A stretch of DNA of 64,000 nucleotides from an uncultured Alphaproteobacteria bacterium (GTDB taxonomy: Bacteria; Pseudomonadota; Alphaproteobacteria; Rs-D84). The notes under the pieces are model-generated. The model worked only from the letters and a program-made list of their open reading frames with translations. It was not told the DNA's origin and searched no databases. Within the stretch, counting starts at the first letter, position 1. Each line of letters opens with the position of its first letter. The stretch is from positions 78,012 to 142,011 of the forward strand of contig CALXMN010000001.1 of assembly GCA_944389495.1 (NCBI GenBank), in the 5' to 3' direction. The position numbers and the translations under genes were made by a program. Positions 48,544 through 57,407 of the stretch are shown piece by piece.

Positions 48544-49112
48544 GCGCATCCAATAATATATGGCCGGATGGCCTTGTTCGTTGTCACTGGGCCAATCCTA
48601 AAAATGAAAAATACATTCTCTATCACGACACAGAATGGGGCGTGCCGACATATGACGATGCGAAATTGTTTGAAATGCTGGTGCTGGAAACGTTCCAGGC
48701 GGGGCTAAGTTGGGAATGTATTTTAAATCGTCGCGATGAATTTCGTCGTGCGTTTGATAACTTTGATATTGCGCGTGTATGTAATTATGATGCGGCAAAA
48801 TTGGCACAGTTACAGAATGACGTGGGTATAATTCGCAATGCGCGCAAAATTGCGGCAACGGTTAATAATGCCCGGGTGTTTGCATCCATTGTGCACGAAT
48901 ACGGCACTTTTTCAAAATATTTGTGGCATTGGACGCGTGGTCACATAATACACCAGGTTGGTCAAACACGTTCCGCTTTATCGGACAAAATCGCCGCGGA
49001 TTTACGTCGTCGTGGTATGCGTTTTATTGGTACAACGACCTTTTATGCATATCTTCAATCGGCGGGTGTTATTAATTCGCACGAAGACAAATGTTTTTTA
49101 TTCCACAAATAA
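48540..49112 (+). CDS. tag: DNA-3-methyladenine glycosylase I
   Basis: HDTEWGVP and LETFQAGLSW motifs. Overlaps ogt (ATGA). Confidence 0.8.
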   Translation: MSASNNIWPDGLVRCHWANPKNEKYILYHDTEWGVPTYDDAKLFEMLVLETFQAGLSWECILNRRDEFRRAFDNFDIARVCNYDAAKLAQLQNDVGIIRNARKIAATVNNARVFASIVHEYGTFSKYLWHWTRGHIIHQVGQTRSALSDKIAADLRRRGMRFIGTTTFYAYLQSAGVINSHEDKCFLFHK

Positions 49113-49170
49113 ACATTAATATTTTTTTATGATATAATAATAATATCAGTTCGGGGGGATTAAGTATAAT

Positions 49171-50103
49171 ATGAAGATTGCAATAATTGGTGTTGGCACG
49201 GTTGGATCTGCGGTTGCGACGGCGGTAAAGAATACCGGCTTTGTTCACGAAATAGTTTTATTTGATCGTGATGCGGTTCGTGCGCGTGCGGCGGCCGAAG
49301 ATTTGGGGCACGCGGCCAGTTTCGGGTTCGACGTAAAAATCACTGCGGCCGGTAATTATCGTGCCATCCGCGGCAGCGAGATTGTTATTATTGCGGCCGG
49401 TGCGAACCAGCGGCCCGGTGAAACCCGAATGGATTTATTGAACAAGAACGCGATGGTTATTGCGGATGTTGTTCCGCGTATAATGGCAAATGTTGATGCC
49501 AAACACGTCAAGATAATTGTTTTAACCAATCCGTTGGACGTTATGGTTATGTTGGCCCAGAAAATATCCAAGTTACCACCTGCGCGTGTTTTGGGTACGG
49601 GTACAATGTTGGATTCTGCGCGATTACGCACAATATTATCACACCACTTGGGTGTATCAACCCAATCGATAAATGCGTACGTTATTGGCGAACACGGCGA
49701 CAGCAGTGTTGTTGATTGGACATCCGCCACAGTTGGGGCGTTATCATTGGATGATTTTTGTCGTCAAATGAAAATATCATTACCGATGTCAACGCGTAAT
49801 ACGATTTCACATCGTGTGCGCAATGCGGCGTATGAAATAATTCGCGGGCGTGGTGCCACGTGGGACGGTATTGGTGCGGCGGCGTCGGATTTATTGCGCT
49901 GTATTATAAACGATGAACAAAGAATATTAACGGTCAGTACGGTATCGGGTGTTTCATCTAATGCGGTTGCCGTATCATTACCGCGCATTGTAGGGGCCAA
50001 TGGTGTTGTTGCGACATTGCGGCCACGTCTGTCAACCGCGGAATCGGCGGCATTGCGACGCAGTGAAAAAATTATTCGTAAAAATTACGATTTAATTGCG
50101 TGA
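49171..50103 (+). CDS. ldh: L-lactate dehydrogenase (LDH/MDH family)
   Basis: GVGTVG Rossmann motif, AAGANQRPGETR (Gln at the substrate-specificity position favours LDH), and GEHGDS. Confidence 0.65.
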   Translation: MKIAIIGVGTVGSAVATAVKNTGFVHEIVLFDRDAVRARAAAEDLGHAASFGFDVKITAAGNYRAIRGSEIVIIAAGANQRPGETRMDLLNKNAMVIADVVPRIMANVDAKHVKIIVLTNPLDVMVMLAQKISKLPPARVLGTGTMLDSARLRTILSHHLGVSTQSINAYVIGEHGDSSVVDWTSATVGALSLDDFCRQMKISLPMSTRNTISHRVRNAAYEIIRGRGATWDGIGAAASDLLRCIINDEQRILTVSTVSGVSSNAVAVSLPRIVGANGVVATLRPRLSTAESAALRRSEKIIRKNYDLIA

Positions 50104-50110
50104 TAAAAAA

Positions 50111-50812
50111 TTACTCGCGCCACGTAACAGAATCAAACAACGCGTTGATGGTATTGCGCAAATTATCGTCATCAAAGAATTGATTTCGTTGACTTTCCGT
50201 GGTGACATTTGTGCCTTCTTCAAAATGCGGAATATATTTTTGAATTGCAAAATTTTTTACCCCATGCAGGTGTAAATCCTGGGCAATTTCCATTAAATCC
50301 ATTTTTGTAACAAAACGCGGATCACAGGTAATACGAACCTCATAGTTTTTGCCGGTTGATTGCCAAACGTCCAAACTGCGCATCATATTATCGTGTGCAA
50401 TATTTTGCCCAACCAGCGTCCCATACTTGTCACGAATTGTCTTGTAATCAAGCCCTATCCAGTCAACCACATCGGCGGCGCGCGCCAATGTTTCCGGATA
50501 AAAACCATTTGTATGCAGTCCGATTGCAAAGCCCAATTCGCGCACGCGACGCATATATTCAATTACTGCATCGCCCTGCATCAATGCCTCGCCCCCGGAA
50601 AAAACGACGGCCTCTAACTTTCCCACACGTGATTTCAACCAATCAAACACCTTGTCTGGGTCATATTCACCGTCGTGTAATGGTATCAGATGGGGATTGG
50701 AACAATACGCACACCGCAACGGACATCCCACCAAAAACAGCACCGCGGCCAATTTCCCGGGATAATCGATTGTTGTGAATGAAACCAATCCACCGATCTG
50801 AATCTCTCTCAT
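50111..50812 (-). CDS. nrdG: Anaerobic ribonucleoside-triphosphate reductase activating protein (radical SAM)
   Basis: GCPLRCAYCSNPHL (CxxxCxxC). Confidence 0.8.
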   Translation of the reverse strand: MREIQIGGLVSFTTIDYPGKLAAVLFLVGCPLRCAYCSNPHLIPLHDGEYDPDKVFDWLKSRVGKLEAVVFSGGEALMQGDAVIEYMRRVRELGFAIGLHTNGFYPETLARAADVVDWIGLDYKTIRDKYGTLVGQNIAHDNMMRSLDVWQSTGKNYEVRITCDPRFVTKMDLMEIAQDLHLHGVKNFAIQKYIPHFEEGTNVTTESQRNQFFDDDNLRNTINALFDSVTWRE

Positions 50813-50815
50813 AAC

Positions 50816-51004
50816 TTATGCAGCTTTTTTCATTAATTCACTGTGGCGTTGACCAGTGGTTAAACTGTTCGCCTCGGTAAAAGTTTTTCTTTCGCAAAAT
50901 TCAGAATATTTTCCAATGTTAAAGTTGGAAACCGGTCTGATGAACCCCATAGAACGTGAAAAAATTTCACACGGTGTTCTTTGCGTATTTTCTGTTGCTT
51001 GCAT
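50816..51004 (-). CDS. Stand-alone glycyl-radical domain of class III ribonucleotide reductase (62 aa)
   Basis: Contains FSRSMGFIRPVSNFNIGKYSEFCERKTF, matching the NrdD C-terminal RVCGY...NxGKxxExxxR glycyl-radical signature. ATG at 51004 is preceded by GGGAGG-N8. It is out of frame with nrdD, whose stop is at 51055. Confidence 0.5.
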   Translation of the reverse strand: MQATENTQRTPCEIFSRSMGFIRPVSNFNIGKYSEFCERKTFTEANSLTTGQRHSELMKKAA

Positions 51005-51054
51005 AATGTTTTCCTCCCTTTCTGTTTGTTGTGTTGTTTTTTTGTGAAACTGGA

Positions 51055-53094
51055 CTATTCCGTTTTTGCTGCGTTTTGATTTGCGGCAATTTCCGCATCG
51101 CATTTTGGACAAAACTCGTACCGACCGGGTAAATATCCGTGTTTTGGACAAATCGAGAATGTCGGCGTAAGTGTCATATACGGAATCTTATAGTTTTCAA
51201 AAATTGTACGAACGATTTTTTCTGCGGCTTCGCCACTGGAAACAGGTTCGCCCATATACAGATGCAACATTGTCCCGCCTGTATATTTACGTTGTAATTC
51301 TTCTTGGTGTTCCAGTGCGACGAACGGGTCGTCTGTATAGTTTACCGGCAACTGGGTCGAGTTTGTATAGTATGGCGCATCGTGCGTACCGGCGGTTATA
51401 ATATCCGGGAAATTTTTGACGTCTGTTTTTGCAAACCGGTACGAGCAGCCTTCCGCAGGTGTGGCCTCAAGATTATACAGATTCCCGGTTTGTTCCTGGA
51501 ACGTGGCCAGATTTTCGCGTATAAAGTCCATTAAATCCAGCACCAATTTTTTCCCCATCGGTGTCGCGATGTTTTCGCGATCGTTTGTAAAATTGCGAAC
51601 CATTTCGTTTGCCCCATTTACACCAATGGTTGAAAAATGATGATCCCAGTTACCAAGATAACGGCGTGTAAATGGATACAACCCACGTTCCATATTTTTG
51701 GATATTATACGACGTTTGATTTCCAATGCATCACGCCCCAAATCCAACAGTCGTTTTAACTCGCGGAAAAGACCTTCTCGGTCACCCTTGTGTGTATACC
51801 CCAACCGCGCCAGGTTAATTGTTACAACGCCAATAGAACCCGTTTTTTCCGCCGAACCAAACAATCCGCCACCACGCTTTAACAATTCGCGCACATCCAA
51901 ACGCAATCTGCAACACATAGAACGCACATCTGTCGGATTCAAATCAGAATTTAAAAAGTTCTGGAAGTTTGGAATACCATACTTTGCCGCCAAATCGAAC
52001 AACGGTTTTACATTTGGATGATTCCACGGAAAATCATTCGTTATATTATACGTTGGTATCGGGAATGTAAATGGCCGCCCCATTGCATCACCTTCGGTCA
52101 TAACCTCAAGAAATGCTTTATTTATCATATCCATTTCGGCCTGCAAATCACCGTATGTAAAATCCATCTGCTTTTTACCAACGAACGGATGTTGCTTTTT
52201 CAAATCTTCTGGACAGGTCCAATCAAATGTAAAGTTAATAAATGGTGTTTGTGTTCCCCATCTGCACGGCACGGCACAGTTAAAGACCAACGTCTGCATT
52301 GCGTTTTTAACGTCTGCATATGACATCTTGTCAATTCTGACATATGGCGCCAAATATGTATCAACCGAAGAAAACGCCTGGGCGCCAGCAAATTCGTTCT
52401 GTAACGTGCCCAAAAAGTTTACCATATGTGAAATTGCGGTTGCCATATGCTTGGCCGGTTCGCATTGCAGATAACCGGGAACGCCATTAAAACCTTCGTA
52501 CAACAGTTCGCGCAACGACCAACCCGCGCAATATCCCGTAAGCCATCCCAAATCGTGAATATGAATTGCGGCGTTTTTGTGCGCCTCGGCAACTTCACGT
52601 GGATACAGATTTAACCAATATTCTGCCGTTACACGTTCGGATGTGCGCAAAATCAGGCCACCAATTGAATATCCAATATTTGCATTTTCCTTGATACGCC
52701 AATTAGAACCGCCAACATAACCCTCGATTACTTCGACGGCATCAACGTATGATTCGCGAATTTCGGTGCGCTTTTGACGATATATAATATATGATTCTGC
52801 GGTCTTATATGCACGCGCATCCATCAGTGCTTCGATAACCGCCTCTTGCACATTTTCGACGGTTGGATTTTTATCCGTGAACTTTATTTCAAGTTTTCTA
52901 AGGGCATTTTGCGTTATATTGACAATTTGTTCATCAGAAATTTCGTGTGTTACGGCAACCGCCTTTTTAATTGCATCAAAAATCTTTTTTGCGTCAAAAG
53001 GAACCGATTCCCCGGAACGCTTTTGCACGATATTCAGACGTGTTGTAAGTGTCGGAATAATCTGTATTTTATTATCATTTTCAGCCGTTGACAT
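51055..53094 (-). CDS. nrdD: Anaerobic ribonucleoside-triphosphate reductase large subunit, lacking the glycyl-radical tail
   Basis: N-terminal ATP-cone (VQKRSGESVPFDAKKI) and C-terminal Zn-ribbon-like ICPKHGY...FCPKCD, after which the ORF stops. Adjacent to nrdG. Confidence 0.75.
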   Translation of the reverse strand: MSTAENDNKIQIIPTLTTRLNIVQKRSGESVPFDAKKIFDAIKKAVAVTHEISDEQIVNITQNALRKLEIKFTDKNPTVENVQEAVIEALMDARAYKTAESYIIYRQKRTEIRESYVDAVEVIEGYVGGSNWRIKENANIGYSIGGLILRTSERVTAEYWLNLYPREVAEAHKNAAIHIHDLGWLTGYCAGWSLRELLYEGFNGVPGYLQCEPAKHMATAISHMVNFLGTLQNEFAGAQAFSSVDTYLAPYVRIDKMSYADVKNAMQTLVFNCAVPCRWGTQTPFINFTFDWTCPEDLKKQHPFVGKKQMDFTYGDLQAEMDMINKAFLEVMTEGDAMGRPFTFPIPTYNITNDFPWNHPNVKPLFDLAAKYGIPNFQNFLNSDLNPTDVRSMCCRLRLDVRELLKRGGGLFGSAEKTGSIGVVTINLARLGYTHKGDREGLFRELKRLLDLGRDALEIKRRIISKNMERGLYPFTRRYLGNWDHHFSTIGVNGANEMVRNFTNDRENIATPMGKKLVLDLMDFIRENLATFQEQTGNLYNLEATPAEGCSYRFAKTDVKNFPDIITAGTHDAPYYTNSTQLPVNYTDDPFVALEHQEELQRKYTGGTMLHLYMGEPVSSGEAAEKIVRTIFENYKIPYMTLTPTFSICPKHGYLPGRYEFCPKCDAEIAANQNAAKTE

Positions 53095-53119
53095 TTTAAT
53101 ACTCCGAATATTCTAAAAA

Positions 53120-53168
53120 ATTCAATATATAGTGGTTGTTTTTACTATTTGATAACAATATATAGTAT
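53120..53168. promoter_or_regulatory. Two NrdR-box-like sites sharing CAATATATAGT, 33 bp apart, 26-75 nt upstream of nrdD
   Basis: ttCAATATATAGTGg at 53121-53135 and aaCAATATATAGTAt at 53154-53168 both fit the NrdR-box core CwAtATaTwG. Confidence 0.4.
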
Positions 53169-53447
53169 AGATGTCGTGCAGGCAATATATAAAAATGAAA
53201 AATTTTTTTATTTTTTGCTTTACTTTTAAAAAGGCGGGTTTTCCGGGTAATTGGTTACGATACGATTCGCCATATTTGCACACAAAATGTTTTTTTGTGC
53301 CAATAAAATAGAAATATATTGCTGGGAAATGATTCGGATTTTTTAAAAAAACACAAAATATAGATAAAAAATACGAATCAACAACTATATATTGACAAAA
53401 TAAAATAAAGAATTATTGTAATCGGAAATGTTTAACGCGGAAAAAAG

Positions 53448-53475
53448 TTGTCATTTTTGTATCAAAGCATATATA
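53448..53475 (+). promoter_or_regulatory. Candidate promoter TTGTCA-16-TATATA
   Basis: Read directly upstream of the acyl-CoA ligase gene. Confidence 0.35.
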
Positions 53476-53484
53476 GTATATATA

Positions 53485-53500
53485 TGTGAAATAATTCACA
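53485..53500. promoter_or_regulatory. Perfect CRP-family palindrome TGTGA-AATAAT-TCACA
   Basis: Read directly between the candidate -10 and the 53523 start codon. Confidence 0.45.
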
Positions 53501-53522
53501 TACAACAACAAGAGAAAATTTA

Positions 53523-55115
53523 ATGATAAAAAATATATATGATATGCTGCACCAGGTTTGTTCTCAAAACAAAGATCGTATTTTCTTTGTTCGTCAAAAT
53601 GAAACCTATGCAGATTTATTACGTCGTGTTAAACAACGTGCGGTATTACTGTCCAAGAAGTTTGGAATTCGTCGTGGTGACACGGTTGCGATACTGTCGG
53701 GAAATACACCCGATTTTATTCGGTCTTATTTTGCCGTCACGTCCCAGGGTGCACGTGTGTTAATGCTGGATACTGGTCTGAACAAGACCGAGCACATAAA
53801 TATGATGCGTCGTACGAATTGTAAATTGGTTCTGGCCCAGCGGGAATATTTTATTTCGGGTCGCGGCGTGCCAAAAATGTTCGACATAGAATCGATTGAT
53901 GAAACAGACGCGCGTGAATTTGTCGCGGCGCCTGCATCGCGTACAGATATTGCAATGTTGTCATTTACGTCGGGGTCGACCGGTAATCCCAAGGTTGTTG
54001 GCCTGACGCACGACAATATAATTTCACTTGGCGAAGGGGCATTATTTTATACGCCGGTAATTCATCCGGGGTATACATTTTATGGATTTCTGCCGCTGTA
54101 TCATATATATGGCGTTGTTATAAATATCATTGCGCCATTGGTGCTGCGCGGCAAGTTATTGCTTCAACCGGTATTAAACCCGCGTGAATTTTTGGCGGAT
54201 TTTAAAAAGTACAAGCCAGAGGTTATCCCCGCCGTTCCGCGTATATGGGAAACATTTTATAAAAAGATTATTGACACGGCGCGTGAAAAGCACGCATATA
54301 CATTAATGCGTATCGTGTTATCTATGCGACATATATTGCGTTCGATTGGGTTGGGTTCATTGGTTAATCGTGTAACGCGCCCAATACACGACTTGTTTGG
54401 TGGCCGGACCAAGGTTCTGGTTTCTGCGGGTGCGACATTAAAGCCGTCTATTCGCAAATTTTATGAACGTTTGGGTTTTGTTGTTGGCGATTGCTATGGG
54501 TTGACAGAAACAACGGGTCCTGCGAATTTTAATTTTGCATTTCGTTTACCGGATGGTTCGATGCATTATGCGGGGCCGCTGCCCGGGAACGAGATAGAAA
54601 TTCACAATCCCGACAAACACGGTATTGGCGAAATCTGGGTTCGCGGAAAATTGGTTATGCCCGGATATATTGATAACCAAGACGCAAATGCGGCGGCATT
54701 CCAGGATGGTTGGTTTAAAACCGGTGATTTGGGAAAGTTCGACAGACGGGGGCGTCTTGTGGTCAAGGGCCGCAAGAAACAGGTCATAGTATTGGATTCT
54801 GGGAAAAATGTTTATCCAGACGAACTAGAGGATTTATATATGCAAAATCCCGAGATTTTGGCCGCGGCGGTATTCGAATATTCCATTCGTGGAAAAACGG
54901 TTCCGTTTGCGGTGTTCCAGGTTGCGCCCGGCACAACAAACGCTCGTGTTTCTGCCCTGGTCAAGGCGTCGAATCTGAAAATCGCGCCATATAAATGGGT
55001 GCGTCACTTTGCCATCACTGAACAAGAGTTACCGCAAACATCCGCCCGCAAGATAAAACATTTTGCGGTTCGCGAAATGCTGGATCGTGGCGATTTTACA
55101 ATCACGGCCCAGTAA
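53523..55115 (+). CDS. AMP-dependent synthetase/ligase (long-chain fatty-acid--CoA ligase-like)
   Basis: AMP-binding motif LSFTSGSTGNPKVV and C-terminal ...GKxxK-type residues. Confidence 0.75.
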   Translation: MIKNIYDMLHQVCSQNKDRIFFVRQNETYADLLRRVKQRAVLLSKKFGIRRGDTVAILSGNTPDFIRSYFAVTSQGARVLMLDTGLNKTEHINMMRRTNCKLVLAQREYFISGRGVPKMFDIESIDETDAREFVAAPASRTDIAMLSFTSGSTGNPKVVGLTHDNIISLGEGALFYTPVIHPGYTFYGFLPLYHIYGVVINIIAPLVLRGKLLLQPVLNPREFLADFKKYKPEVIPAVPRIWETFYKKIIDTAREKHAYTLMRIVLSMRHILRSIGLGSLVNRVTRPIHDLFGGRTKVLVSAGATLKPSIRKFYERLGFVVGDCYGLTETTGPANFNFAFRLPDGSMHYAGPLPGNEIEIHNPDKHGIGEIWVRGKLVMPGYIDNQDANAAAFQDGWFKTGDLGKFDRRGRLVVKGRKKQVIVLDSGKNVYPDELEDLYMQNPEILAAAVFEYSIRGKTVPFAVFQVAPGTTNARVSALVKASNLKIAPYKWVRHFAITEQELPQTSARKIKHFAVREMLDRGDFTITAQ

Positions 55116-55123
55116 AAATGTAA

Positions 55124-55156
55124 AAATGGGGGATATGCCCCCCATTTGTTTTTTTA
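55124..55156 (+). terminator. Rho-independent terminator
   Basis: AAATGGGGG-ATAT-GCCCCCCATTT plus T7. Confidence 0.65.
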
Positions 55157-55165
55157 TAATACAAC

Positions 55166-55194
55166 TTGACAAAAAAAATAAATGTGCTACATAT
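55166..55194 (+). promoter_or_regulatory. Candidate promoter TTGACA-16/17-TACATAT (the ORF-track TTG 'start' at 55166 is this -35 box)
   Basis: Read directly. The real start is probably the ATG at 55226, which has a GGGGGG ribosome-binding site. Confidence 0.4.
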
Positions 55195-55225
55195 ATTGAG
55201 TGTAACCATCCATTGGGGGGCAAGT

Positions 55226-56065
55226 ATGCAATCGTTTGATGACAAGCAAATTTGTGCGATATTGGAATATAACATAAATCGGCCATATATGGGCGAGTTT
55301 CGTCCCTGTGATTTAACGGATGCCTATGGCCGCATAAAGGCCAGTCGCGATTGGGATAAACCGCTTTCTTGTGTTGATATAAAGGTTGGTAAAATTAATG
55401 GTGATATAATATGCGGTGCATTGTGGTATGAAATGTCTTATAATCCCGTTCGATTTGGTACCACGTCGCCGTTTTACTTTAATGACAGAAACAGCATTTA
55501 TCGTTTTTGTGAAAAGTCGTATAAAAAGGACCCCGTGGATAAACTTTCCCAGATTTTGGTGGATATTCGTTATCATTTAATAGAATATTTAAATTTGAAC
55601 GCATTGCCGAATGGTGCGTGGCACGATGCAATTAATACCAGGTTTGGCCGTGTATCAATTGGCCTGCGGTCGGACGGGCATTCAAACAGTATGTATAAAC
55701 GCTTGGCGCATTTACGCGAAACCATAAAATTAATTGCACGTCAAAACGTTTATGATTTCAAGAAAAAACGCGGACCATACCGTGCCGAAATAATGCGTAT
55801 GGTTGCCGAACGTCATCCGGATGGCGAACGGATTCCGATTCTTGCGCCACGTGTTACCCAGCGGCAACAATTGAAAAATGTTTCATCGTATTCATCATCA
55901 GAAATGAATATGGAATTCGATGCCCAGGATCGTATAGATAATATGTTGGACAGTGCCCAAATAACAATTGATAACCAGGCCTATGTATCTGCGGATACGT
56001 ATGCCCAGGCATTATATGATATTGAAAATATAAAACGCGATTTGGTAAATGATCACCAGAAATAA
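55226..56065 (+). CDS. Hypothetical protein (280 aa)
   Basis: ORF with a ribosome-binding site; no recognised family. Confidence 0.4.
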   Translation: MQSFDDKQICAILEYNINRPYMGEFRPCDLTDAYGRIKASRDWDKPLSCVDIKVGKINGDIICGALWYEMSYNPVRFGTTSPFYFNDRNSIYRFCEKSYKKDPVDKLSQILVDIRYHLIEYLNLNALPNGAWHDAINTRFGRVSIGLRSDGHSNSMYKRLAHLRETIKLIARQNVYDFKKKRGPYRAEIMRMVAERHPDGERIPILAPRVTQRQQLKNVSSYSSSEMNMEFDAQDRIDNMLDSAQITIDNQAYVSADTYAQALYDIENIKRDLVNDHQK

Positions 56066-56067
56066 AA

Positions 56068-56090
56068 ACGCGCCCAACGGCGCGTTTTTA
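56068..56090. terminator. Bidirectional terminator ACGCGCC-CAAC-GGCGCGT plus T-run
   Basis: Lies between convergent genes. Confidence 0.65.
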
Positions 56091-57326
56091 TTTACAAATT
56101 GTAATATATGGCGGCACAGATCGTTCCGAATCAATTTCGCCATCGCCACAATCCATACAGTTAAATTTACGATTTTGTGAATGATGCGCATCCAGTGGTA
56201 TGGAATAATTTTGTATTTCCGGTATATTGCTTGCATACGAATATGTTGGAAATCCAAAATAGAATCCACGGTTTGGCCCACTGCATTCATTTGCATCCCT
56301 CGGATAGCACGCCGGGTTATTTATTTGTGATGGATCCGGGATACAAAATGTTTCACACGTATCATAATCTGTTATCATTTTTTCACAGTCTGTACACGAA
56401 GACGCAGGTGCCCGCAGTGTTGTTCCCACCGCGCCGACAATTGCGCCCTGGCTCAGATTCTCGCATTTTTTTGTTGCACCGCCACCGGCGGGATTGGCAA
56501 CGCATTCCCATTCCAGTGTTGTATAGTTTAATCGTGCGGTCATTTCATCGGGACAAACCTTTTCTGGAAACGGATTTACGCATTCCCAAACGCTGTCGAC
56601 CAAGACGGCGGTTTGTTGTTCTGCACACAATGGCTTTTTTGATTCGTCTGCGACACATTCCATTAAATCAGAATCCCAGATTGTATCCCCACCACAGTCT
56701 GTTTTTGTATTATATCCGATGCATTGCCATCGTCCAAATCGATATGTTTTTATTGTCCCAATTGGGCAAATTACATCTGTTTGCACGGGTGCGGTAAATA
56801 CAGTATCTTCGGTTGGGATTTCATATTGGGTCATATATACCAGTTGGCCATTTTGTAATTCCATTTCTTCTGTGATTGCATCCGGCACAATTCGTGCACC
56901 GGTTGCGCCGCCAATCATAATTTTTCCGTCAATAAATATTCCAAATGTACCCACGTCCGGAAAATATTCTTCTAGTATTTCCAACATATTGTTATAGTTG
57001 TCTGCATCCACCGCCCCCGTTGCAGTAATGATGTATGTATAATCAGGCTTTTTATTTCGAACAATTTCGCAACTGGTAATACGCATTCCGGCCGTCAGAC
57101 AAACAAATTGACTGCGAATATTGTTTTGTTCGACACAAACATCTTGAAAGGCGGTTCCACGAATTTGTGCATTATGTTTTGCGGCGGCGCATTCTGCGAT
57201 TGACCGCAGGTCAGATTTATTTATTGCATATTCGGTTTCTTGTTCTGTGACGCGTTGACTGGGGCTGCTTATCATATAAAAACCAAGCATAAACACCGCA
57301 ACTAAAATCATCATAAAAATATTCAT
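56088..57326 (-). CDS. Secreted Cys-rich hypothetical protein (412 aa) with an internal WECV(A)NP duplication
   Basis: N-terminal hydrophobic segment and about 24 Cys. The duplicated unit reads ...SVWECVNPFPEKVCPDE... / ...LEWECVANPAGGG... Confidence 0.4.
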   Translation of the reverse strand: MNIFMMILVAVFMLGFYMISSPSQRVTEQETEYAINKSDLRSIAECAAAKHNAQIRGTAFQDVCVEQNNIRSQFVCLTAGMRITSCEIVRNKKPDYTYIITATGAVDADNYNNMLEILEEYFPDVGTFGIFIDGKIMIGGATGARIVPDAITEEMELQNGQLVYMTQYEIPTEDTVFTAPVQTDVICPIGTIKTYRFGRWQCIGYNTKTDCGGDTIWDSDLMECVADESKKPLCAEQQTAVLVDSVWECVNPFPEKVCPDEMTARLNYTTLEWECVANPAGGGATKKCENLSQGAIVGAVGTTLRAPASSCTDCEKMITDYDTCETFCIPDPSQINNPACYPRDANECSGPNRGFYFGFPTYSYASNIPEIQNYSIPLDAHHSQNRKFNCMDCGDGEIDSERSVPPYITICK

Positions 57327-57407
57327 CTTTCTCCCTTGCGATTTATTAAAACTCTAGGTAATATAAGGATAAAATGCAATAGGAAAAACAAATTACGCGA
57401 TAAAGAG

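Noticed and set aside
53140-53160. FNR box (TTGAT-N4-ATCAA) upstream of the anaerobic nrdD.
   Set aside because: Only one half-site (TTGAT at about 53148) is present. The second half reads ATATA, so the support is insufficient.
55166-55225. ORF-track start (TTG) at 55166 for the 55226-56065 gene.
   Set aside because: The TTG is the TTGACA -35 box of a promoter. The ATG at 55226 with a GGGGGG ribosome-binding site is the plausible start.
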